NCBI RefSeq assembly: GCF_964204645.1
Contig: NC_134035.1
Location: 12,804,451-12,868,450, forward strand
Direction of reading: 5' to 3'
DNA from: Tubulanus polymorphus
Taxonomy: Eukaryota > Animalia > Nemertea
Length of the DNA stretch: 64,000 nucleotides
Each line of letters begins with the position of its first letter. Position 1 is the stretch's first letter. The translations under genes and the position numbers were made by a program. Shown in pieces: positions 13,501 to 27,000 of this stretch. The notes under the pieces were generated by a model that was not told the DNA's origin, made no database searches, and worked only from the letters and a program-made list of their open reading frames with translations.

Positions 13501-16500
13501 TATTAGACAATGTAGATAGAAATAAGACAAGTCAGGGGCTGATTCCATAGTCACGGCTTAGACTCAAAGACCAGTCCAAGACCAACAACTTATAGCCAAC
13601 CTAATAACAATAACATCTAATGACTTTCGGACTTTGCTACGGACCCCAGGGACAGTATCACAATCCAAAAATAGTCTATATCTCAAGACCTTCCTAAAGT
13701 TGTTAGAGTGGTCTTATGTAGTTAAATTGGCTTTGGAACCACAAGGCCTTGGACTGGTCTTAAGTTGTTAGATTGACCTGGACTGCCGTGGCTGTTTAAA
13801 TGGTGACCTCTGGAGGTATAAGTTTGATGAGTGCGATAATAAATTCTTAAAATAATAAATCCTCAAGCGCAATATTTGGATTTCAGTTAAATCAAATATT
13901 TGAAGTGGATTTGTAGAGTTGAACTCAAACATTTAGACGCCAAAAACCAGTTGTTAGACAGATTCGACATGGTTCAAAATTATTAGTTCATTTTCAAACA
14001 TCATTTTAACTCGGCTTAAAACGGATTCTAAAATTTGATATATCGTTATTTTGCTGCTTCTCTTACCGTCTATAGAAATAATACAGCGCCAAAAATACAA
14101 ATAATCCTTTATACAAACGAAACATTATCGATAGATCCTCAACGACGACGGGAGTCCCCAGAGTTCCCCCCCGGGGTGAATAAAAACATCGACAATACGA
14201 CAAAACCATATAGAAATCATACATAGGTAAACATTACAAATATCGTCGTTGATATTTGTACAAACAAGTTCAGCGTTGGTTGGTAATATCGGGCGAGCCC
14301 GGGGTGGGTCATCCAGGGTCAGTCTTTACATATTGATATATAATGAGTCATAGCTAAAAGTGGCCCATTATCAGTCATAGATTGCACAATGTACAGCGTC
14401 GTACAGCTTAGTACAGCGAACAGCTCGGTCTCATTGAAACTTTCTATTCTTTATTGTGAACACACACAAAAATACTCAACCATCTAAACTTCAATAGCTC
14501 AAGAGGGGTGGGGCATCGGGGGTGGGGCATCAGGGGTGGGGCATCAGGGGTGGGGCATCAGGGGTGGGGCATCGGGAGCGCGAATCTACTACCCTGAATT
14601 TGTCCTCATTGATCTCTCCCAAGGTGGTAATGAAAAAAAGACATTCAAAATGTGTAGAACTTTTCATCACTGAGACTCAAAAAAATTAACTAAAAAATTG
14701 CAATAAGTTAGTTTGCAGTTGACTGCTCTATATCTGAAAATAGAGAATGGGACCCAGAAAACTGCTTCGAACAGACCAAATACACGGCTGCCAATCTCTG
14801 AAAAGTGCTATCAGTAACAAATTTTTTTAAGTAATGTCATTGAAATATGAAAAACAATGTTTAATCAGTAATCAACGGTAAGACCCTCAGTAACATCTTT
14901 CATTTTTCTGTTCAAATTAACCAGTAATCGACAGTAAGACCCTCAGCAACATCTTTCATATTTCTTTTCAAATTAATCAGTAATCGACAGTAAGACCCTC
15001 AGTAACATCTTTCATATTTCTGTTCAAATTAATCAGTAATCGACAGTAAGACCCTCAGTAACATCTTTCATATTTCTGTTCGAATTAATCAGTAATCAAC
15101 AGTAAGACCCTCAGCAACATCTTTCATATTTCTGTTCTAATTAATCAGTAATCAACAGTAAGACCCTCAGTTACACCTTTCATATTTCTGTTCAAATTAA
15201 TCAATAATCAACAGTAAGACCCTCAGTAACATCTTTCATATTTCTGTTCAAATTAATCAGTAATCAACAGTAAGACCCTCAGTGACATCTTTCATATTTC
15301 TGTTCAAATTAATCAGTAATCGACAGTAAGACCCTCAGTAACATCTTTCATATTTCTGTTCAAATTAATCAGTAATCAACAGTAATACCCTCAGTAACAT
15401 CTTTCATATTTCTGTTCAAATTAATCAGTAATCGACAGTAAGACCCTCAGTAACATCTTTCATATTTCTGTTCAAATTAATCAGTAATCAACAGTAATAC
15501 CCTCAGTAACATCTTTCATATTTCTGTTCAAATTAATCAGTAATCAACAGTAAGACCCTCAGTAACATCTTTCATATTTCTGTATGCATCAAATAAATCA
15601 AATCAGTATTTCTCATCATAAAATAGTAACAAATACTGTTAGGCAGCTCTGCATTTAAAAACTTTAAGCATTTCATTAAAAACGAGAATTTTAGACAGTT
15701 AACTGAGCTGACAGATACTGATGAGCTGTAATGAGTCTGTATACCTAAAAACTGATTCTACTTACATGAAACTATAGCAAGGCATTGCTCTGACCATGGA
15801 CATATAATCTGTCCATGCTCCGACTAAAACAAATTACTGATCAAATCCAGACAATACATTATCAATATGATATCAATCATTTACAATAACATAAAGACCA
15901 ATGACTCATTATCCCTACTGATAAGTTCCCTACGTATTTCTATTTCCGAAAATAGCTCCCAGTTAAAATATTCATAAAATTTTCCGCAAATCAATTAAAC
16001 CTGGGTTATACGCGGAATTTGAACTTATTTTTGCCTTTTCTTAAAAAAAAGTTGCATGATTCATGCAAAAAATGATTTGCCACAAGATTGGAGTTGTACT
16101 AGTCAACACAAGACGAATTCCTGACTGTCTTTAAGGATTAATCTAAAGAGCTCGCCGTGAATCAGACATTTAAAAAAAAAACCTAGCGAAATAATCGAGT
16201 TTAAGGAAGAAATATTTTCCTTCACGATAAATGTACACAAGCGCGTACCCAGAGAAATGTGAAAGGGGTATCCAGAAGATAAAGGTGCGACGGAGGGGCC
16301 CCAACAGAGTTGGAAATTAGGTTCAAGCAAAGACATTCCACTCCGGACTTCAGGGAAAAATTGCCTGTTTAGAAATTTCGAAATTTAGTTTTATTGAAAA
16401 CGGGCATTCGGGAATTTTTCAGGCTGACATTTTGAGACGCTTTAAAATTCAGGGGTGGTGGGGGAGGGGGTTATATCTGAAGCTCTTAGAATGTAGTAAA

Positions 16501-19500
16501 TCAGCTGGTTGTATATCTCGAGTCAGAAGTCAACTCTCCCCTCATTGATATTGATAAACATTACGCTCTCAGACATTTCATACGTAATGATGAAGTTATT
16601 TTCATACGGTTGAATCACTTAGATAAAAAAAACACAACGTACATTAACCGGGCAGGCGGGCGGGCGGGTAGGGGTGGTGCTGGTACCGGCGAACGCTGGT
16701 ACTGCAGTACTGAACAGGTGCACACCATAACACAGGTGCATCATCATCATCATCATACAGCGTGGAAAAAAAATATCGCTCTACTTTTTTACAATGTCAT
16801 TTATTCTGCTTTGATGCGAAGGAAAATTCTGAATCTTATTCATACAGAAACAGACTTCAAACAACGAGGAGTCGGTTTATAGTTCACCGTTTAGATTTCG
16901 AAATAAATAATTCCTACCCTCAAACTTTTATGAAACAAAGGTGCCGAATTCCCCTTTTATCAATCGCATAAATGCTCTATTTCTTTAAGCACCCCACCCC
17001 GAATCAGACCCAGGATCCGGCCCGCCAGGGGTCATTGCTCATTCTAATTTGTTTGTGCGTACTGAATAAATCGAATATATGTAAATTTAGAACCTTTTTT
17101 TCCGAAATCTCCCTGAATAATCTTATTTTTGTCAGGTATAAATGGAATCCAGTGAATCAGAGTAATTTCTAGTATCAAAATGTTACAATTCATTCATTTT
17201 CAATTGTATCACGTACTGATTAAGAAACAATAACATTATCTGAATTATCTGAGTTTTCCAAGTTTATGATAAAAACTGTAAAAGTTTTCTCTGATTCCCT
17301 GAAATACAGTTATACGCCGAATGCATCGCTACCGGAGTGACGCCAATTTTAGAAAAAAAACTCATCGAACACGCCCTTATAACTGATAACACTCGAACAT
17401 ATCAAAACTGGCGACTAAAATTCTGATTAAAGATTACGACAAAATCATCGGTGAATTCCCCTCATAAATCAAACATTATCGGCGTCAAAACCTCACGACG
17501 AGATCAACAGAATTCTGTATCACAAAAGAGTCCAAAATCCTGTGTTATCAAATACATACAAATTGACATTTCAGGCACCTGAATGGAAAAATGTAGTTGA
17601 ATGTCAACAAAGTCCAACTTATTTTTAAAAAGGCAATTCATCTCTTTATGATCTACTACTCCAGATATAGACTGAAAAATGTCGCTTTAAATGTAAAAGG
17701 TCGTCGGCGTGCTCGAGAAAAATTCCAGTCTCGAGCTTTTTTTCCTCATCCGATTTGGAAAAAAGTCCCCGAGCTAAAATTTACTAATTAACATTTTGAG
17801 TAACGTGTAAATAGACGGATTAATTAACGAATCACGGGAATTGCCCGGTGAGGTCCTGTCGTTACGGTCCTGTCGTTACAGTTCAGAGAATTTCGATGAA
17901 ATTTCCAGGAAATCAGAAAACAGAGAAATTTCCAAAATATAGAGCAACAGCGATGATGAATATTTTGATTGAAAACGTAAGAAGGATTCAGGGGCCATTT
18001 CAAAGAACGAACATTTTTCATCTAATTTCCATTAGTTTTATGTTGACCGATCTAAATGGTCCAACATATACACGGAGAGTGTAGATCCTACACTCTCCAC
18101 GTACGGCTAACCACTAGCCTGAACTTCATGAAACCTTTTGTGTCTAGTGGTCAAAGACTTCTCAGAAAAATCGAATCAGTGTTCATTATGCTACAGTGCA
18201 TAAACATTGACCATTAAGAGTGACCACGGGTCAACCTTTCCACCTGATTTTGTCCTACAGGCAGGTTGTCCTCGCTGCCGTTATCGAAGGTAGAAAAGTC
18301 TCCACATGAAAGCGAGATAAAAACCTTTTCTCCTCGCTCGACAAAGATTTGTTTTTTTTAATCTTATTTCTCTAGATTCCGATAATTGCGGCGTTGACAC
18401 CTGGCAGTCACCCGGTCAGTCGCTCGAAATATACAAAGCAAGAATTAATCGAAACTTCCGGGAATTCTGTTTTCGTAAGTTCAGTTTGAATAGCACCTTT
18501 AACGACAACGATGTCCGAACTAAATATACCATTACCAGGCACCTGAACTGAACTAGAAAATAATTCACATCCCTGCAGAATAACTGCGTATTTTCATATA
18601 AAATTCCACGCTACGAATAAAAGAAATATTTCCTCGAACTAGTAGCAGTTTATTCGACGTTTCAACTTCATCTTGATGGTCATCTTCACGAATAGTTTTG
18701 GAGATCATCGATGAAGTGCATCAAAAATACCTCTTTATATATTTTTGACAGCAGGTAACTCTACATTACAGAAAACAGTTCATTCTCAGCGTGAGATTTT
18801 ATTAGTTCATTACTACACGGACTTACAGTGTTTTATCAAGGGTTATTTTCCTATGTAAATCACTTTCTCAAAGAATGTAAAATCTCTACAGCAAATAACA
18901 ACACTTCATATTTGATCGCTACGAAAAAAAAAAAACTAAGAAATACCCCCAGTAGCGAGACGTGCGAATTACAAATTAACTCGCGCCGAAAACAGCGCAA
19001 GAATTTCTTATTAACGAATGATGATAAAATTGATACATTAATCGCGGCTCGTTTTTTTTTTTTGAGGGAAAGAATTCGATGGGTGATGGGTGGTTTTTTT
19101 TCTAAATCCAGGCATCGACGTTTCCGCAATGGTCGGCAGAACTAGTGATGATAAAATACCAGGCACTCGATCATTCTATACTCATCATATTGCACCACGA
19201 TATAGAGTATAGAATACACGTACTTGATCAGGAATATTACATTTTTGTCCGTCAGGGTGACAACTTTCCCCCTTTCCCATTTCATTAATTCACTCGATCT
19301 AGTTTCATAGTCTCTGAGTTAGAGTTGACTCTTGAGTAAAATCGGTTAATTTTCAATGTTTTAACTCAGCGATTCAAATCTGAACTCACAACTGTGGAAC
19401 ACGACCCTGTTATAATACGCTGTGAATGAATCTACTGCGGGTAAATGGAGAAGTTTCATGGTTTAGAAATTTTTGTTACAATTTATTCATTTCTCCCGAA

Positions 19501-22500
19501 TAACTTAGTTAAAAAGTAACACACAGTCCACCAATTCATCAAATTCCTAATTTTGTTTCTAGATTTCCTGAGTTCTCCGGTTTTTCCGGGACAGTGACCA
19601 CACCTGTCTGTGGTCCAATTTTCACCAACTCTTCTATCTAAAACTGATGAATTTTGATAACTACCACCCACACAAATACAAACAGCTGAGAACCGAGTCC
19701 ATTCAAATCTATTCACACCTGTCACATTCGAAATTATGTATATTGAAATCATTGGAATACATGGATTTAGGTCATTCAGAGGAAACAGCTGATTATTCTA
19801 ACAATCGTCTATATATCAGACTGAATAGATTTAGATCTTTGTGGAAATTGCATAAGTTAAAACAAATTCGCATTGACCAGTTATGTTGCATTGTCTCGAC
19901 CTGTTTTGCAATCTTCCTTCCAGGATAAGACATTGAAAATGAAATAATCTAGAGAACTGTGGAACTGATCTAGAACTCCTGACTGTCGCCCAACAAATTT
20001 CTAACCAAGAACCCGCAGAGCTAGCTTCGGAACTGTGGAACAGGGCTCAGAACTTTGGAACTGGAGCCAAAACTGTGGAACTTGATCCTGACATGTGGGA
20101 CCGGATCATGAACTATGGAGCCTTGTCCAGTACTGTGGATTTGGGTCCAGAACTGTGGAGCCGAGTACTGAAGAGTGGAGCTGGATCCTGAACTGTGGAG
20201 CCGAGTACTGAAGAGTGGAGCTGGATCCTGAACTGTGGAGCTGAGTACTGAAGAGTGGAGCTGGATCCTGAACTGTGGAGCTGAGTACTGAAGAGTGGAG
20301 CTGGATCCTGAACTGTGGAGCTGAGTACTGAAGAGTGGAGCTGGATCCTGAACCGTGGATCTGAGTCCAGATCTCTTATCGTAAATGATTGAAGTCTCAG
20401 ATCGAATGAATGAATATGTGATACATGAATATATCATGCAATAAAATTTGAACGAGTGCCAAACGGCTGTCAAATGTTTCTCCGCTTTTTAAAAACGTTT
20501 TTCCGGCGAGTAGTTCTCTCTCGTACGATGACTAAAAATACTCAGTGATCTCTCTCTCTTTCAATGGTGTGAATAAAGTGGGGTGACATCCAGGCCCCGC
20601 ACACATTATACTCATGCACAGTGGACATGAATAACCGTCTTAAACAGCAAATCACTTTACGACAACTTCATACGACAATAATTAAACGCTTTATCAATAG
20701 TTCGTGAATATACAGTGAACTGAAATTCATTTGGGGTGACAAATCCGTGTCCGCCTGGAACCACGCCTGGAACCACGCCTGGAACCACGCCTGGAACCAC
20801 CCCTGGAACCACCTGAGACCACCACTCATATTCATATTCATGCATTCATGGCTAAGAATGCAATAAATATCTTAAAAACAATGTGTCAATTAACGGCTTA
20901 ATTTCACAGCAATTTTATGCTTTATGAATAGACTATCAATACACATTTTCGGGGCCCAGAGGTCAATGTTCCACAGGCCAATGGCTCCTCTGTCGTCCCC
21001 TCCAAAGAATCTGTAAGAACTAATTTGAATAAGATTTATAAGATTTTTGTATCGTATTGAATCAAGGAGAAATAAATATATCAATCATATCCGCTGAGTA
21101 CCCCCTGAGTCCGCTGAGTACCCCCTGAGTCCGCTGAGTACCCCCTGAGTCCGCTGAGTACCCCCTGAGTCCGCTGAGTACCCCCTGAGTCCGCTGAGTA
21201 CCCCCTGAGTCCGCTGAGTACCCCCTGAGTACCCCCCTGAGTCCGCTGAGTACCCCCTGAGCCCGCTGAGTACCCCCTGAGTCCGCTGAGTACCCCCTGA
21301 GTCCGCTGCACTGAAATTTAGTTTTGATTGAAAACATGCCAACTTTTGTTGTTGTGTTTCGTTCACAAACACAGGAAACCACAAGTGAGGAAACCACAAA
21401 CCACAGATAGACAGAACCGACCGACCGACCGGAGGTGCTGGATTTATATTTCTTTCCTGCAGCTCTCTTCTCTTCTAGGAAAATACGGAGGTAGATTTTT
21501 CCAGGAAACGGCGCTATATAGGCCTAGTACATGACGGATCAATTTGAAAGCGATTAGTCGGAATAAAGCGGCAGTTTCTATGAATCGATTGCAGTTTGAG
21601 TCGTGCAGTCAGTCGTAGGGTGGGGAATGAATGACTGACTGAGTTGAGTCATGATTGTGTCACAAACTAAAGAAAACTGTTGCATCATCAGGATTATCCC
21701 GTTCCAGATCTAAAATACCATGTCTCAGCCTTAGAATACCACGTCCCAGATCTAGGTTACCCTGTCCCAACTCAAGAATACCATGTCCCAGCCCTAGAAT
21801 ACCACGTCCCAGATCTAGGTTACCCTGTCCCAACTCAAGAATACCACGTCCCAGGGCTGATTATACAGGTCAACTCTCCTAGCCCTATTAAGAATTAGCT
21901 CAAGTTCCTCAAAGTGGGCACAGGGTATATCAGGATAACACTGTATTCTGTAGCTCTGGATTACACAGGGTACTGATGTATAGTGACTAACAGCGACAGA
22001 TAATGCCTATACATAGTTTTTCCTCGTTTTTGTCAGTTCAGACACTGCTAATAGTAAACGCCTAACTGCTACACTAAACAAAAACATTAAAAATATTGGA
22101 TTCCATTGAAAAGTGAAAAGAAAAAAAAACCAGTCTAGTCTAGTCTGGTTTATAGGTAACTAGCTTTTGTCATCTGGAACGGCGGCGTTATAGGGGGTAC
22201 CCTGACAACTGTCTGGTACTACTCACTCAGAGTTTCATATATAGTAAAGAGGAAGATATTGAATGAAGACAATGTAAACAGAGGATAAAACTGATCACTC
22301 ACCATGGTAACATATTAAATATGTACTTAGCCGACGATCGGCCGTGTTTCATCCCGACATGTAATATTTCCATGACCATTTGTGAGAGAGCGAGATCGAG
22401 ATAGCGATAGGGTCCGTTAATCGAAACACCGCGATTCAGTCTAACGTTATTAACATCCGAATTAGAATCGGTACATTTCAGATTTCTCGTCGAAAATCAG

Positions 22501-23905
22501 TTTTACTGAAATAATTCTCGAAACTTAAAAGTCCGCGCAGGAACAAACGCAAAGTACTCGCTGACAAATCAACTCTCTCGTCTAAAAAGCGTAAACACAA
22601 AATGAGACTACGGGAAGCATGTGGTTGTACATGGGGTGATAGTCAGCTATGAGTAATCGACCAATAGCGAATAGGGTGTGTGTCTCGTTTCAACCAATCG
22701 TAACGCGCGATCTATAAATAAGGCAGATGTTTATACACTCAGCTGATCTCATACCCGTGGTTCTCTCTCTCCCTCTTACACACCGCCACGCATTAATCAT
22801 TTCTATATTTATATATGACCGCTTTTTTAGTAATTATCTCTAATTAACTTAATTAACCGTTGATAACGACCGTTTGATTGAATATTTGATTGTAGTTATC
22901 GTCGTAATTTTCATAATATTAAACGGCTATTATCTAATTATCTATTGTCGTAACGAGCTCTGATCAGTTAAACCCAGCCGTATCCTGAACCATCCACCTA
23001 CTATCATTCTAAACCTAAACTCTTGTGTTGACGACATCTTTCATTATCGATATTCGACGAATTCATTCCCGATTTCGTAGACGAAATGATTCTGTTTTTT
23101 TTTTTACTTTGAGGTTAGAAGGTTCTTTTCTGGCCTCTCTCCTCCATTCATACGGAAAGAAACCGATTTACTGATGTATATATAATACTTGATCAGGAAT
23201 ATTACATTTTTGTCAAATGAGTGATTTTTTTCTATAAGGCTGATCCCAGGTCCTCATCTATATAAAAAAGTATGATTTGGAAAGTAAATCTCAAAAAGTA
23301 GGAAGTATTTGACCTTTCAAAGAAACCTTACAAAATGATAATGAACGATGGTCAGTTTGAGAGTCGAGGGATGAATTCGAATTCTAATTCGAATTCTTAT
23401 GAAATTGTATAAAATCTATTTGCAAAAAGGAGATAAATAAAGAAATATCATAAATATCATGAAACTTTTCCCAGATCGAGTTGACAATGATTTTCAACTC
23501 GTCAGAACCGCGTCCAACAGCTCCCGACGCCACTGACAGAATTCAACAAATTCCTCGCAATCTTATCAATCTTACGGTCGACGCAACGACTCGAGAAATT
23601 TCAAATCGTTTAAAAATCCTTTTAGTAAAAACCCTAGATTTACGTCAATAATCGTTATCGATTTCAGAGAAATGAAGATATTTCGATCGACGGCAATTTC
23701 GTCACGAATAGAAAACTGTGTCATCAGAGTGTGAACTGATAATCACAAAACAAACATTCAAACGACGCTCGCTCGCTCGCTATTGAAAACTGATTATTGA
23801 CTCAAAAAACAACAACCAGAGAAAAATAAATAAAATCAATTGAAAAAGTGTGAAATGTATTTCGAATAAAAAAAAACGAAAATCGAATCGTTTATAGGTG
23901 GAGGT

Positions 23906-24003
<98 letters not shown>

Positions 24004-27000
24004 ATATACCGTGCGAGGGCAGGTTTGGCACTTTGCCTGGTTCTCTGTTATCGGGTGACATAGTCGAGGACCAATAAAAATAGACCGTATAAAACTGAGA
24101 ACATATGACGCCGACCCGACCGACCACCGATACATAGAGAGAATGAGACACACGTGCGCACGTGCCTCATGAGGATTAAATATATACACAACGCAATTCA
24201 TAGAATTATAATCCCTGGATTCATAATCACACACAAAACATGTCTAAATCTAGGGTGTAAATATCTATGATTTGGAAATGAAAGAGAGTGAGGGAGGGAT
24301 AGAGAGGGAGAGTGAGGGAGAAAGGGAGAGTGAGGGAGAACGAGAGGGAGAGTGAGGGAGAGAGAGTGAGGGAGGGAGAGTGAGGGAGGGAGAGTGAGGG
24401 AGAGTGAGGGAGAACGAGAGGGAGAGTGAGGGAGAACGAGAGGGAGAGTGAGGGAGAACGAGAGGGAGTGAGGGAGAACGAGAGGGAGAGTGAGGGAGAA
24501 CGAGAGGGAGAGTGAGGGAGAACGAGAGGGAGTGAGGGAGAACGAGAGGGAGAGTGAGGGAGAACGAGAGGGAGAGTGAGGGAGACAGTGATGGAGAGAG
24601 AGGGAGAGTGAGGGTGGGAGAGTGAGGGAGAACGAGAGGGAGTGAGGGAGAGTGAGGGAGAGTGAGGGAGAGGGAGGGAGAGGGAGAGGGAGGGAGAGAG
24701 AAATGGTTTATTTACTGCTCGATGACCGAATCATCTATAGCTCTAGACTCACATGTTGTGAATCTCCGAGTTCCCCGACAAACAGCTCCATCCTAATCGA
24801 GTAAATTGTGGATATTAATCTCCGTACTTCCATTCAAGGGTTAAGCTCTAATCTTAATGACCTCCGATATAGCAACCGTTTATTGGTTATTACAATAAAT
24901 CTAATAATATCACAGGATATAACCGCAACAGATTTTCTGGTGCCCCGGGGCTGGTTCCTCAAGCGAGACTAAGTCCAAAAATTGTCTAAAAAACTAAGAC
25001 TGGTGTTAAGTTGTTTGATTGGTTATAGGACTAAGATCTTAAGTCTAAGCCGTGACTACGCAACTGGGCCCTGGAGTTTGTTATAACAAAATGAGGTTCC
25101 CTTCTTAATCTCCCTATCTGTGTCTAGAACAACTCTATCCCCCAATAAACCCCTCTCCCCATAACCCCTCTCCCAATAACCCCTCTCCCCATTACTCCCT
25201 CCCCCATAACCCCTCTCCCCATAACCCCCTCTCCCGATTATTCCCTCTGATACTGTACCTGATAATGAGGAAGCCAAGGCAAGTGTCGTATATTATATCC
25301 ATACAAGTCATATGATGTTTATTCATGATAAAAAACAGCAGAGCATTGTCTCCGAAAACACAATTAAACTACGATATTAGAATCCATCGATGTGAGACAG
25401 CAATAAACAGACAATACTCCTTCTCCTCTCTCTCTCTCTCACTCTCTCTCTCCCTATATAGTGCAGTGGTTGATAGTATAGTTCTAATAATCAACAGATG
25501 TTAATCTGGTTTTGAAATTAAACCAATACGTTTGAAAGCAGGTGACGATATTCACTTAAATATCACAGAACCCGGTTACCGGTTACGACGCCCAATAGAG
25601 TATAACTTCATACGATCATCGCACGATTCAGATATTGAATTGAAGTCGGTGCGACTGCGCAAAACTGGGCCCAGCTCCGGATAAAGTTTAACCGAAATCT
25701 TCGGTGCAGTTAACCAATAGATGAAACACTATTCAGTGTTGTGACGATATAATAGAGAATGCCGCACTAATATAACGGAAGATAAAGTCCGATAAGTTTC
25801 CTTTCAGCTATAAATCTATTCATCCGATGTTACGTCTATATACTAATAGTCATCTTCAGTCGACTATATCCTAACAGTCTTTGGTGCAGTTTACTTAAAC
25901 TTATAACATCGACGAAGTTGTCCAGTTTAAGCTCTTAAACTGTATCTCGAAAATCAATCCTGATGAATGCCATTAACGAAACGCTCTGTTCATAACCGTT
26001 ATATAAAATCCCACACTATACGGATGAAAAATAGTATTAAAATATTTCCTTGTAGTTTTAACTATATCCTAATACTCATCTTGTGGAATACTGTATTCCA
26101 TGAGCTAGTGTAGTTTATTCAACGTTTCCAATATATCCTAAAATAGTCATCTTCAGGAATACTGTATTCCTTGAGCTAGTGTAGTTTATTCAACGTTTCC
26201 AATATATCCTAAAATCGTTATCTTCAGGAATACTGTATTCCTTGATCTAGTGTAGTTTATTCAGCGTTTCAACTTTATCCTAATAGTCATCTTCAGGAAT
26301 ACTGTATTCCTTGAGCTAGTGTAGTTTATTCAACGTTTCCAATATATCCTAAAATAGTCATCTTCAGGAATACTGTATTCCTTGAGCTAGTGTAGTTTAT
26401 TCAACGTTAAGACTTTATCCTAATACTCGAAATCAAACCTTTGTTCTTTTTATGAAATATTCCAAACTAAGAATCAAAATGGTGTGGAATGTTTCCTCGA
26501 GCTAGTGTAGTTTATTCAACGTTTCCAAACAGGGGACCGTATTATATCATCTTCACGGACACCGATATTGTAACAAAATTATGAGATATATATACGCAGT
26601 CCAGAACAAAGAGCTTAATTAAGCAATCCTCCTGACGACGATGAATTCGAGACAAACGTTTCTATTACGGAATCACAGAATTCACAAACAATTCTATTTG
26701 TATCCAGCTTTGTGCCTACACAGATATGGATATAGATAGATTGTTTCTGTGTAACAGATTGTCATTCTGTGTTTTTTGCATAATTTAACTACCGGGTATT
26801 TCGCATTTCGGAATAACATTCAAAACTGAAATGTTTGATTAAAAAAAGTAGTTCCTAATACATACAGGCATTATAGCCTGGCGCACCCAACACAAGTGTA
26901 TACATATGCTGCTACTGCTGTTAACAAATGATAAATTACGACAATTTTTTCAAAATGAAAATAAACGACACTCACAGTTTCTAATTTGCATATTATCGTA

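Noticed and set aside
17560-17671. Exon-like segment in the MOB2 intron with ATG (MNCLFKNKL...)
   Set aside because: Its donor is phase 1 and would not join the shared phase-2 exon in frame.
18821-19150. Strong minus-strand donor ACT|GTAAGT at about 18826
   Set aside because: The nearest upstream ATG frame terminates before the donor; could be a non-coding exon but cannot be supported.
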